Origin: Bacteroidales bacterium
GTDB lineage: Bacteria > Planctomycetota > Planctomycetia > Gemmatales > Gemmataceae
Direction: 5' to 3'
Assembly (NCBI GenBank): GCA_026931725.1
Contig: JAIXLE010000177.1
Coordinates: forward strand, 6,781 to 70,780
DNA length: 64,000 nucleotides
Below the pieces are notes generated by a model that was not told where the DNA came from, made no database searches, and saw only the letters and a program-made list of their open reading frames with translations. Position numbers and translations under genes: made by a program. Shown here piece by piece: positions 46,975 through 56,627 of the stretch; position 1 is the first letter of the stretch; each line of letters starts with the position of its first letter.

Positions 46975-47382
46975 ATGCATCATCATCGCCTGTTGGCCTC
47001 GGCTATGCTGCTAACAATTGTGAGTCTGCTGTCTTGTGGCTGCGGGAATGGGGAAATCCCCAAATATCCCGTGAGCGGGACGATCTCCTTCACCGGGAAG
47101 CCGGTGGAAGAGGGGTTCATCATTTTCATGAATACGAGCCCGACCGGGCAGCACGCTTCGGGTGCGATCCAAGCGGGGGCGTTTCATGTGGAAGCGGAGA
47201 ACGGAACCTACACGGTGAAAATCGAATCGTACCGGGAAACCGGCAAATGGATCACCAACATGGAAGAAGGGAAACACAAACAACGTGAGCAATACATCCC
47301 CAAAAAGTATAACGAGGAATCCACGATCACGCATGATGTCCAAGGGGCCGCCAGCGATGTGAAATTTGATCTGACACCCTAG
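46975..47382 (+). CDS. lipoprotein (carboxypeptidase-regulatory-like fold, usual DUF1559 neighbour)
   Basis: 135 aa. LLSCGCG lipobox. YPVSGTISFTGKPVEEGFIIF…GTYTVKI beta-sandwich pattern. Confidence 0.6.
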   Translation: MHHHRLLASAMLLTIVSLLSCGCGNGEIPKYPVSGTISFTGKPVEEGFIIFMNTSPTGQHASGAIQAGAFHVEAENGTYTVKIESYRETGKWITNMEEGKHKQREQYIPKKYNEESTITHDVQGAASDVKFDLTP

Positions 47383-47525
47383 ATTTTGCATCCTGACCAT
47401 TCCGCGGTTTCCCGAAGTTCCGGCATCACCCTCTGGAGTCGTGTTCTAGGCTTGGCCATGACAGATCATCGTGGTGCCCATTGTCAGGATTCGCCGTTCG
47501 GGATAATCGGGAATGCACTGGGGGA

Positions 47526-48089
47526 ATGACGATGCGTGGGCGGATGCTTTACACACTGTTGGCGGTCCTGCCGATTGCGTATAGTGGTTGTGGCCTGATG
47601 CCACAGGAAGTGACGATTTCGACCAAGCCCGCGAACAGCCCGCGGAACGAACGGGCATTCTGGAAGAAAGTCGGCTACGAGAACACGGCCGCGCAAGAGG
47701 CCATCTACGCGGTTCTGGACCAGGAAAAGATCGCGTACAATGCGGGGTACACCGCGTTACCACCCTCCGCTCAACCCGCCGCGTTCCGCGCGTTTCTCAA
47801 ACAATATCTCACCACACAACGCCAAGTCGATCTGACACAATGCCCCGAGAGCTTCCAGGAAGCATTCACGGCCTATCTGCAAGCCTGCGAGAAGTTGGAA
47901 ACCGCGCTCAAACCGCTGCCTGGGCAGTATGAGAAGAACACGTTCCTCAAAGGGATTCAAGCCCTTTATCAGAGCAATCCGAGAGAGGCGGAGTTCCTTG
48001 GTGGCGATGTGGCACAGGCCATGCGCGAGGTCAACTCCCGATTCGAGCAAGTTTACATGACCGCTCGGGAAAATGGAATTGAGAGCTAG
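47526..48089 (+). CDS. hypothetical lipoprotein
   Basis: ATG at 47526. MTMRGRMLYTLLAVLPIAYSGC lipobox. Helical mature part. Confidence 0.55.
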   Translation: MTMRGRMLYTLLAVLPIAYSGCGLMPQEVTISTKPANSPRNERAFWKKVGYENTAAQEAIYAVLDQEKIAYNAGYTALPPSAQPAAFRAFLKQYLTTQRQVDLTQCPESFQEAFTAYLQACEKLETALKPLPGQYEKNTFLKGIQALYQSNPREAEFLGGDVAQAMREVNSRFEQVYMTARENGIES

Positions 48090-48229
48090 TCAAGGGGAAC
48101 AATGCCGTCCCCCTGGCGGGATCGTTCCTGTTCGAGCAGATTCCGCGTCCGAGAACGGCTCCCGCAAGGGTGAGGCTTTCCCGTCCGCTATAATCATCTC
48201 TTGGATGAACATGGCACGGGACGGATTCT

Positions 48230-49448
48230 ATGAGTCTTTTGATCGAACTTCCTGTCGGGCGCAGTCTTTGGTCGATTGCGGTTCCCCAGGATACATTGGT
48301 GACGTTCCGTCGCCCGGAACCGGCGGTGGCTTCCCCGGTGGCTCCGGCGGAACTGGTTCGTGCGGCTCTGGAATGCCCACGCGGGCTGGAAGTGCCGCTC
48401 CGGCGTGCCCTCACTCCCGATGACCACATCACCATTGTTCTCGATGAACAACTGCCGTGCATTGCGGAGATGCTGGCCGCGATTCTGGACCATCTGGGCA
48501 CCGCGGGCATTGCTCCGAGCGCTGTGACGGTTGTGGTTCCACCGGATGGGGGAAACGCCTCTTGGATTGAAGAACTTCCCGATGACTATGCAGATATTCG
48601 GCTGGAAACGCACGACCCGGAAGATCAACCGAAACTGGCGTACCTGTCGATGACCCGCTCCGGGTTGCGGGTGTATCTGAATCGCTCGGTGGTCGAGGCG
48701 GATTTTCTCATCGTGCTGTCCGGGCGGGGTTATGATCCGAGCTTGGGCCACGGCGGCGGGCCGGGGGCGTTGTTTCCGGTGCTGAGTAGTGGCGAGATTC
48801 GCGCGGGATTCGTCGGCCATTTTGCGACCAAAGCCCCTCGCAAAGGCACCCGCGCCGCGGCGGAAGCCCATGAAGTCGCTTGGATGCTGGGAACGCCGCT
48901 CTTGGTGCAAGTGATTGCTGGGCCAGGAGATACCATTGCCGAGATCGTCTGCGGAATGCCCGATAGTGCCGCCGAGGGAGACGCTCGACAAGATGCCCGC
49001 TGGCGCGGATTCGTCGAACAGCAACCGGAACTGGTGATTGCCACGATTAGCGGTGACCCCGCACGGGTGACGTTTGACATGCTGGCGTTGGCGGCCGCGG
49101 CTGCGGCACGGGTCGTGCAAGTCGGCGGACGGATTGCCATTCTGACCGAAGCCGCCCCCCCCATTGGCAGAAGGCGCAGAGATTCTCTGCCAGCAAGACG
49201 ACCTTGCCGATGCCGATCAGATGATGAAGAAGCGGAAGCCGGATGATTGGCCGTTTGCGCATCTCTGGTCGTTCGCCGCGAAGACGGCCAGCCTGTTCGT
49301 GGCCAGTGGTTGGTCGGAAGATATTGTCGACGGACTGTTTGCCGCGTCGATCTCGAAAGTATCGGAGCTGCAAAGGCTGATTGATACCAGTGCCTCGGTG
49401 TTGCTTCTGCCCGATGCCCACAAGGCGATGGTGGATCTGGTGGAGTGA
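48230..49448 (+). pseudogene. LarA N-terminal (DUF2088)-like domain protein, frame interrupted at a poly-C8 tract
   Basis: ORF 48230.. is coherent up to …RIAILTEAAPP, then turns into an Arg-rich junk tail. A protein-like continuation (LAEGAEILCQQDDL…LLLPDAHKAMVDLVE*) lies in the +1 frame from 49164. C8 run at 49155-49162. The family assignment is tentative. Confidence 0.6.
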
Positions 49449-49569
49449 TTCGGCCCCTGGCTTCCGCCCCTTCGGGAACGGCTTGCCGATTTTTCGGGGG
49501 AGCGTGCTATCACGGTGATGTTCGGTTACACTGGGGCTCTGCCGATTGGTCTGCCCTGGGGTGGGATTC

Positions 49570-52569
49570 ATGCCGAACATCATGCGTTTTGCGCGTCTCG
49601 GACTGCTAGCCTGCGTGGCGGGTCTGGTTGGCCTGTGGGACTGGGGCACCGGCCGAGAACCGGCGACCCCGCAGCGGATCGCCTGGACGACCTCACGGGT
49701 CATCGGGTCGCCGGAATCACCGCCACCGTTCCGGGCTGCGAATGCCTTCCCCCATCTGAAGTTCGATCACCCCGTGCATCTGACCGCGATGCCCGGCGCG
49801 GATCGGCTCGTGGTCTGTGAGGAACGCGGCAAAATCTACTCCTTCCCGAATCGGCCCGATACCCAGCAGGCGGACCTTTTCTTCGACCCGGCCAGGGATC
49901 TGCAAACCCTCAAACGCACACCCGGAGCCACGGGATTCGATCGGAACTACGCCCTCGCCTTCCATCCGCAATTCCAGCAGAACCGCTACTGCTTCGTCGT
50001 CTACACGCTGAATGGCCGCAATGCCCGCAAGGGGCAACGGGGATTCGTCGATGGCACCCGTGTCTCCCGGTTCCGGGTCACGGAGACGCAGCCACCCCGC
50101 CTGGACCCGGCCAGTGAAACCATCATCCTCACCTTCCTCCGCGACGGCCACAACGGCTGTGATCTGCAATTCGGCCCGGATGGCTACCTCTACATCTGCC
50201 TCGGCGATGCCGCCGACCCCAACCCGCCGGACATTCTCCGCACCGGGCAGGACATCAGCGATCTGCACTCCTCCGTTCTCCGCATTGACGTGGACCACCC
50301 GGAAGCCGGGAAACCGTATGCCATCCCCACGGATAACCCGTTTGTCGGCATGACTGTGCGGGGCAAACCGGCACGCGGCGAAGTCTGGGCCTACGGTTTC
50401 CGCAACCCCTGGCGGATGAGTTTCGATCGCCAGACTGGCGATTTGTGGCTCGGCGATGTCGGCTGGGAATCCTGGGAGATGATCCACAAAGTCGAGAAGG
50501 GCGGCAACTACGGCTGGAGCATCGTCGAAGCCCGGCAATCGGTCCATGCTGACGAGCCACCCGGCCCGACACCGATTCGCCCGCCGATGATCGAACTTCC
50601 GCACACCCAGGCGGCCAGCGTCACCGGCGGCTTCGTCTACCGGGGGAAGAAACTGCCGCAACTCTTCGGCGCTTACATCTTCGGTGATTGGGAAACGCGC
50701 CGACTCTGGGCCGCTCGCTTCGCGGATGGACGACTTCAGAAGCTCGAAGAACTCATCTCTCCGGTGGTGCGTTCGGTCGGCTTCGGTGAAGATGCCGCGG
50801 GTGAGTTATACTTTGTCGCTCACGATTCCGGCTTGGTTCACACGCTGGAACCGAACACCACGCCGGAGTACGACCCAGCTGCGTTCCCGCGGACACTTTC
50901 CGCTACCGGCTTGTTCTCCTCCACCACGCGGAACACATTCGCTCCTGGGGTCTATCCTTTTGTGATCAACTCCCACCAGTGGCAAGACCACGCCACGGCG
51001 GAATACGGGATCGCGTTGCCGAACCTCACCGCCGTTCGGGACTACGAGAAGAAGCGACCGATTCCCGGTAACGTCTTCTGGCACAACTTTCGGTTGCACT
51101 TCCCCCAGAACACCGTGCTGGTGAAAACGCTCTCACTGGAGCGCGAACAAGGAAACGCCGCGACCCAACAGCGGATCGAAACCCAACTGCTGCACTTCGA
51201 TGGTTCCTACTGGCACGGTTACACCTACGCCTGGCGGGACGATCAAACCGATGCGGATCTCGTCCCCGCCGATGGGGCCGATCGCCTGCTTACCGTCACC
51301 GACTCCCGGTACGCTGGCGGGAAACGGCAACAGATGTGGACCTTCCTGAGCCGCTCGCAATGCCTTCAGTGCCACAATGCCTGGAACGAATATGCGCTCG
51401 CCTTCAATCTCACCCAGGTTCACAAGGATGCCGAAACCCCGATGGGTCGGCGGAACCAGTTGGAATGGCTGAACGCCTTCGGCCTGCTCGAACGCCGCAA
51501 TGCCGAGGATCAACCGATCGGCGGATATTCCTACCTCGAACGCTGTGTGATGCCCCGGCTCGCCGACCCCAACGACATGACGCAGGAACGCGATGCCCGT
51601 GCCCGATCGTACTTGCACGTTAACTGCTCCTCGTGCCACCGTTTCGGCGGCGGTGGATCCGCGAATATTGATCTCACGGCTTTTGAGAAGCATCGGGCGA
51701 TGAACGATCTGACCGGCCCGGCGAAACTCGGCAAGTTCGATTTGCCTGATCCGCATGTCATCGCGCCGGGGGAACCGTACCGCAGCGTCCTGTATTACCG
51801 GATGGCGAAGTTCAACAGCGGTCGGATGCCGCACATCGGTTCAACCCTGGTGGACCCACACGGAACCCGGCTGATCCATGACTGGATTCAAGCGATGAAG
51901 CCGAAATCGTCGGAGTCACCGCCCACCGGCACGCTGGCCCAACAGCTCGAACGGCCCGGTTCCGCACTCGCGCTGGCTCACGCGCTGACCCGCCCCGAGT
52001 GCCCAGCCCCGTTCCGCCAGACGGTCCTCGCCGCCGCTGAGAAACTGGCCCCCGGCCCGGTTCGTGACCTATTCGATGGGTACTTGCCGCAAGACCCCAC
52101 CCGGCGGAAACTCGGCCCCTCACCACGGCCACGGGCGATCCTGACGCTCAGCGGCGACGCGGCCCGTGGTCGAGAACTGCTGCATTCCAAACGGGTCCAG
52201 TGCCTAAACTGCCATCAACAGGAACAGAAAGGAACCGAGTTGGGGCCGAAGTTGGACGGCCTCGCCAAAACCCGCCGCAAGGAGGAACTGCTGGAAAGCC
52301 TGCTCGATCCGTCCCGCCGTGTCGAACCGCCCTATCAGGCGTATCAGTTGCTAACGCTCGATGGGAAATCGTTCGTTGGGCTGCTCGTTAAGCGGAACAA
52401 TCACGAGATCATCTTGAAGGATCATCAGAACAAAACGATCGTCGTTCAAGCCGACAATGTTGATGAGTTCCGCCCCGCCCGTGAGTCGCTGATGCCGACC
52501 GGCCAACTCGCGGACCTGACCGCTCAAGAAGCCGCGGACTTGCTGGAATGGTTGATGTCGTTACGGTAG
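49570..52569 (+). CDS. PQQ-dependent sugar dehydrogenase-like beta-propeller fused to multi-haem cytochrome c domains
   Basis: Signal or anchor. DGYLYICLGD, FRNPWRMSFD and GGNYGW (sorbosone/glucose dehydrogenase-like). Three CxxCH motifs (CLQCH, CSSCH, CLNCH). An alternative ATG lies at 49582. Confidence 0.75.
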   Translation: MPNIMRFARLGLLACVAGLVGLWDWGTGREPATPQRIAWTTSRVIGSPESPPPFRAANAFPHLKFDHPVHLTAMPGADRLVVCEERGKIYSFPNRPDTQQADLFFDPARDLQTLKRTPGATGFDRNYALAFHPQFQQNRYCFVVYTLNGRNARKGQRGFVDGTRVSRFRVTETQPPRLDPASETIILTFLRDGHNGCDLQFGPDGYLYICLGDAADPNPPDILRTGQDISDLHSSVLRIDVDHPEAGKPYAIPTDNPFVGMTVRGKPARGEVWAYGFRNPWRMSFDRQTGDLWLGDVGWESWEMIHKVEKGGNYGWSIVEARQSVHADEPPGPTPIRPPMIELPHTQAASVTGGFVYRGKKLPQLFGAYIFGDWETRRLWAARFADGRLQKLEELISPVVRSVGFGEDAAGELYFVAHDSGLVHTLEPNTTPEYDPAAFPRTLSATGLFSSTTRNTFAPGVYPFVINSHQWQDHATAEYGIALPNLTAVRDYEKKRPIPGNVFWHNFRLHFPQNTVLVKTLSLEREQGNAATQQRIETQLLHFDGSYWHGYTYAWRDDQTDADLVPADGADRLLTVTDSRYAGGKRQQMWTFLSRSQCLQCHNAWNEYALAFNLTQVHKDAETPMGRRNQLEWLNAFGLLERRNAEDQPIGGYSYLERCVMPRLADPNDMTQERDARARSYLHVNCSSCHRFGGGGSANIDLTAFEKHRAMNDLTGPAKLGKFDLPDPHVIAPGEPYRSVLYYRMAKFNSGRMPHIGSTLVDPHGTRLIHDWIQAMKPKSSESPPTGTLAQQLERPGSALALAHALTRPECPAPFRQTVLAAAEKLAPGPVRDLFDGYLPQDPTRRKLGPSPRPRAILTLSGDAARGRELLHSKRVQCLNCHQQEQKGTELGPKLDGLAKTRRKEELLESLLDPSRRVEPPYQAYQLLTLDGKSFVGLLVKRNNHEIILKDHQNKTIVVQADNVDEFRPARESLMPTGQLADLTAQEAADLLEWLMSLR

Positions 52570-53330
52570 GCGGCGATCGTGCAAGGCCGAGGCGACCAAC
52601 ACCGCATCGGCCCCGGCATCGGCGAACCGGGCGATGTCGTCTCGATTGCGGATGCCACCCCCCGCGATCAGGTCGGCATCCCCGAGGAGCGCGGGTTCGG
52701 AACGCAGTTGCCGCAGCAGTTCCAGCACGAACGGAGATGGTCCTTGCGTGGTCCCCACTGTGGCAATATCCAGCACGATGACGAACCGTGCCGGAACCGC
52801 CTGCAACAGTAATCGTGCGATGGCCAGTGGCGGCGTACTGGCCGTGATTCCATAACGAGCCCACAGTTCCCGGCAGCCGAGCCACTGCCCCTGGCGGAAA
52901 TCCAAGGACAGACCACACACGGGAAGGGCACCCGCCGTGCGGTTGGCCGGTAGCGGGTATTCGCGGAGAGACTCACTCGCCAAAATCGGCCAAAGATTCG
53001 GGGTGGCATCCGATTTTGGCAAGTTCGAGATCGCGGTTGTACCAGAATCCACCAGCAGAGTCGTTTGAGGAAGAGCGTGTGCGAGTCGTCTGACGGCATC
53101 ACTGTATGTCCGAGTCTGGGCGAGATGGGGCGATGGCTGCCGGATCGCGTCCAGATCTGCGACGTAGAGCGTGTCGGCTCCGGTGGTTGCTTGCAGGGCG
53201 TGTGCCACCGTGGCGGGGTCGGTGGAAGGGTCAACGCACTCTGTATGGGGCGATAAGTGGACCGATTTCCGGCGATGGCGTGAACCACCTTGCCCCCTGA
53301 TAGATCCAAGACCGGAATGATGCGTGCCAT
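52561..53330 (-). pseudogene. HisA/HisF-family TIM-barrel protein, frame interrupted near 53220-53240
   Basis: N-terminus MARIIPVLDLSGGKVVHAIAGNRSTYRPIQSAL is in one frame (ATG 53330). The continuation …DPATVAHALQATTGADTLYVADLDAI…GGGIRNRDDI…GADAVLVASALHD is in another (ORF 52561..53208). Confidence 0.65.
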
Positions 53331-53533
53331 CGGATTCCCTGTGTTTCGGGGTTTCCGATTCGGCGAATTCCGATCACGCGAATTCGGAGAACCCTTTGAC
53401 GATTCCGCGAAGACTGCTACAGTGATAGTTTCCGCCCCAGAAACCGTGTTGGGGGCGTATTGTAGGAACTGGAGGGCGCAGCCGTGACCCACCTAATGAA
53501 CCTGAACTTCAACGTGTTCGGAGAGGAGGCCTC

Positions 53534-54433
53534 GTGGCTCTCGTAGATGTCAAACAACTGTTAGATGCGGGTGTTCACTATGGTCACCGGGCCAGCCGGT
53601 GGAACCCGAAGATGCGACCGTACATTTACGGCAAGCGCAACCTGATTCACATCATCGACTTGCGGGAAACCGTCCGCGGTTTGCTCCGTGCCTATCGGTA
53701 TCTGTCTCAACTCGTCGCCCGCAATCAACTGGTGCTGTTCGTGGGCACCAAGCGGCAAGCCAAAGAGATCCTGGAACGCGAAGCCGCCCGCTGCGGGATG
53801 CCTTACGTCTCGGAACGCTGGCTGGGTGGCACGCTGACGAACTTCAAAACCATCCGCTCCCGGTTGAATCGCCTCCGCGAACTGGAAACGATGTGGCTGC
53901 CCGCCGGCGAAAACCCGGCCCGCCACGACATGAACAGCTACCTCGCCGGGATGCTGACCGAAGCCGGTAAACTGGACCTGGCCCGCTCCCCGGACACCGC
54001 GACCATTCGGGCGAATAGTAAGAAGATGATTAGCACCCTGAACCGGGAGCTGCTCAAGATTCGTCGCAACCTGCAAGGCATCCGCGACATGAACCGTTTG
54101 CCGGATGCCCTGGTGATCGTCGACCCGAAACGGGAACATATCGCCATCAAAGAAGCGCAGCGTATGGGCATCACCACGGTTGCCCTGATCGACACCGACA
54201 GCGACCCGGACCCCGTCGATTTGCCGATTCCGGGGAACGACGACAGCATCCGTTCCATCGAAGTCATCCTCGGCAAGCTCGCGGATGCGGTACTCGAAGG
54301 CCGAGCCGCCCTGCCGCCGGAACAACAATCGCAGATCAAGCCGCGGACCCCACCGGCAAACCGAACCGCGGCCCCGACTCCACCCGCGGCCGAAGCCCCG
54401 GCGAACCAACCGGCCGGAGAACCCGTCGCGTAA
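53534..54433 (+). CDS. rpsB: 30S ribosomal protein S2
   Basis: GTG start after [26 protein letters not shown]…, DLRET…, [14 protein letters not shown]. Pro/Ala-rich C-terminal extension. Confidence 0.95.
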   Translation: MALVDVKQLLDAGVHYGHRASRWNPKMRPYIYGKRNLIHIIDLRETVRGLLRAYRYLSQLVARNQLVLFVGTKRQAKEILEREAARCGMPYVSERWLGGTLTNFKTIRSRLNRLRELETMWLPAGENPARHDMNSYLAGMLTEAGKLDLARSPDTATIRANSKKMISTLNRELLKIRRNLQGIRDMNRLPDALVIVDPKREHIAIKEAQRMGITTVALIDTDSDPDPVDLPIPGNDDSIRSIEVILGKLADAVLEGRAALPPEQQSQIKPRTPPANRTAAPTPPAAEAPANQPAGEPVA

Positions 54434-54574
54434 TTTGTCCTGGTTCCGCCACGGATACTCGGGATGCGGTGGCTCGCACGATCACCCTCGGGCGAGCCGC
54501 TGGCCGTCTGACGCTTTCTCGATTGCGCATGGGGAACCCAGGACCAACGACCCAGGACACAAGGACATATACCG

Positions 54575-55435
54575 ATGAGTCAGATTACCGCCGCGTCTGT
54601 CAATGAACTCCGCAAGCGGACCGATATGCCGCTGATGGATTGTAAGTCCGCGCTCACCGAGGCGGCCGGCGATATGGATAAGGCGATCGAGATTCTGCGA
54701 TCGCGCAACAAAAACGTGGCCGTGAAACGGGGGTTGAACGAAACCGCGGAAGGCCGCATTGCCGTAGCCATCCTCCCGGAAACAGCTACCGCCGCCATCA
54801 TCGAGATGCGTTGTGAAAGCGCTCCGGTCGTCAAAAGCGATCAGTTCCTGGCACTCGCGAACGATTTGGCTCGCGGAGTCGCCGAGAACAACCCGGCTTC
54901 CGTCGCGGAGTTCCTCGGTCAGAAACTGGCCGCGTCCGGCTTGGGTGTGACCGATCGGATCAACGAAGTCATCGGCTTGATCCGTGAGAACATGAAGCCC
55001 CAGCGGTTCCAACGACTGCAAGGCGGCGTGTTCGGGCAGTACATCCACCATGACGGCACCATCGGCGTGCTGATTCAGGCCGCGGGGGCCGCTGCCGCCG
55101 ATGAAGTTCTACGGGATGTCGGGGCTCACATCGCCGCGATGAACCCGCCGTATGCCAAGCTGGAAGACGTTCCCGCCGACTTACTGGCCAAGGAAAAAGA
55201 AATCGCCCTCAAGCAGATGCAAGACGACCCCAAGAATGCGGGCAAACCGGCCAACATCTTGGAAAAGATCGTCGAAGGCAAGCTGAAGACCTGGGGCGGC
55301 GAAAACGTGCTGCTGGAACAGCCGATCGCCAATCAGGCCAAGTACGAGAAAAAGACCGTCGGCCAGGTTCTCGCTGGGGCGGGCCTGCAATTGACGAGCT
55401 TCATTCGATTCAAGGTCGGCGAAATCGTCGCCTAA
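54575..55435 (+). CDS. tsf: translation elongation factor Ts
   Basis: ITAASVNELRKRTDMPLMDCKSALTEAAGDMDKAIEILR is the UBA-like N-terminus. The rest is a conserved EF-Ts core. Follows rpsB. Confidence 0.95.
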   Translation: MSQITAASVNELRKRTDMPLMDCKSALTEAAGDMDKAIEILRSRNKNVAVKRGLNETAEGRIAVAILPETATAAIIEMRCESAPVVKSDQFLALANDLARGVAENNPASVAEFLGQKLAASGLGVTDRINEVIGLIRENMKPQRFQRLQGGVFGQYIHHDGTIGVLIQAAGAAAADEVLRDVGAHIAAMNPPYAKLEDVPADLLAKEKEIALKQMQDDPKNAGKPANILEKIVEGKLKTWGGENVLLEQPIANQAKYEKKTVGQVLAGAGLQLTSFIRFKVGEIVA

Positions 55436-55505
55436 CCGTATTTTGAGAAGACACCCCGCGGCGGCGGGCAACCGCCGCGGTCATTCGCACACGCTGAGGT
55501 TATCC

Positions 55506-55793
55506 ATGCCACATACGAAGAGTGCCTGGAAGCGTCTCCGGCAAACGGAAAAGCGCCGTCGTCGCAACCGGGGCTGGGCCAAAATCATCAAAACAGCGAA
55601 GAAGGAAGCCGCTGCCTCGTTGAAGGCGGGGGATGCCGCTCAGATCAACACCACATTCATTGCGGCCACGAAGCAATTCGACAAGGCCGCCGCGAAAGGT
55701 GTGATTCACCGCAATAAAGCCGCCCGGCTCAAGTCCCGGCTGGCGAAAAAGGTCAACGCCACCAAGGCCAACGCCGCGAAAACTCCGGCGTAA
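55506..55793 (+). CDS. rpsT: 30S ribosomal protein S20
   Basis: ATG at 55506. MPHTKSAWKRLRQTEKRRRRNR…KGVIHRNKAARLKSRLAKKV. Confidence 0.9.
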   Translation: MPHTKSAWKRLRQTEKRRRRNRGWAKIIKTAKKEAAASLKAGDAAQINTTFIAATKQFDKAAAKGVIHRNKAARLKSRLAKKVNATKANAAKTPA

Positions 55794-55845
55794 GTGGTCA
55801 TGGTTTGATCGTATCCCCTTCCGATCATCGGGGGAGGAAACCTGG

Positions 55846-55884
55846 GGAGCGAGTGAGGGATTTTCCCAGACTCGCTCCTTTTTT
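55846..55884. terminator. rho-independent terminator (bidirectional position)
   Basis: ggagcgagt (55846-54) pairs with actcgctcc (55870-78), followed by tttttt (55879-84). Lies between the rpsT stop and the stop of the convergent gene. Confidence 0.7.
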
Positions 55885-55901
55885 CGTTGGTCGTGTGGGG
55901 T

Positions 55902-56408
55902 TTAGTGGCCGCGACCTTCTGCCGCGTGGTGTTCGCGGCCGCCGGTGAGCAGTTTTTGGAAGAAGTGCCCGGCGAGTGGGTCCGGGACCGGAACGCCATC
56001 GGGGTCATAAGTGCCCATCCCCGGTTCGCGCTTGCGATCGTGCCACCAATCCAGGAAGACGCGGCCCGGTCTGCGGCCGAACAGGACGTAATCGTAGCCC
56101 CAAGTCCCTTCATTCGTGATGTCGCGGCCGTCTCGCTTTTTGGGGAACAGCACGAACCGCCCACCGCCGACCCAGCCACCCGCATAGTGTGGGGAGTATT
56201 TGATCGGGAGCGTGGCGTGCTGGGAAATGCTTTGCGGATGCCCGGCCCGCTCGTCCGTGTTCGGGCGATTGGGTTTCTGCGGGTGCCGATGGGTCTTGTC
56301 GGTTTGGACGGCCCCCGGATAGGGATTGTACCCGTGATCAAACGCGGAGACGAAGGTTGTCGTACTCCAGGCGACGCAAACGAACGCGGTCATCCTGAAC
56401 CAGCGCAT
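55902..56408 (-). CDS. secreted hypothetical protein
   Basis: 168 aa. Signal peptide MRWFRMTAFVCVAWSTTTFVSA. Diverse W/Y/H/K-rich composition, unlike the competing shadow ORFs. Confidence 0.55.
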   Translation of the reverse strand: MRWFRMTAFVCVAWSTTTFVSAFDHGYNPYPGAVQTDKTHRHPQKPNRPNTDERAGHPQSISQHATLPIKYSPHYAGGWVGGGRFVLFPKKRDGRDITNEGTWGYDYVLFGRRPGRVFLDWWHDRKREPGMGTYDPDGVPVPDPLAGHFFQKLLTGGREHHAAEGRGH

Positions 56409-56627
56409 GGGGCGGCCTCCTTGCCGAAGTTACCTCGTCAGACTCTGTTTCCATCGGTCACAGCTTGGGGGATTCACCGATTCTCCGGGCCGATCCCGCG
56501 TGGTTCTTGAGATGGAATGTGGAATAAACGTGCAATCTTTCAGAATCGTCAAATTCTACGCAATCGGAATCCGATAACACTGGTGCAAAGGACGTACTCT
56601 CGCTGCGCGGATGGGGTTCGCGGAAAG

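Noticed and set aside
48095-48115. Fifth REP copy (ggggaacaatgccgtcccc)
   Set aside because: Only the inner GGGGA/TCCCC part is shared. The outer AACC/GGTT arms and the GTGTTTC tail are missing. It is mentioned only as a degenerate candidate.
53561-54409. 282-aa ORF antisense to rpsB
   Set aside because: rpsB is unambiguous, so this is a shadow frame.
55456-55480. Terminator between tsf and rpsT (ccgcggcgg/ccgccgcgg hairpin)
   Set aside because: The 9-bp GC stem is real but no U-tract follows, and rpsT starts 26 nt later. It may be an attenuator or RNA-stability element, but it is not supportable as a terminator.
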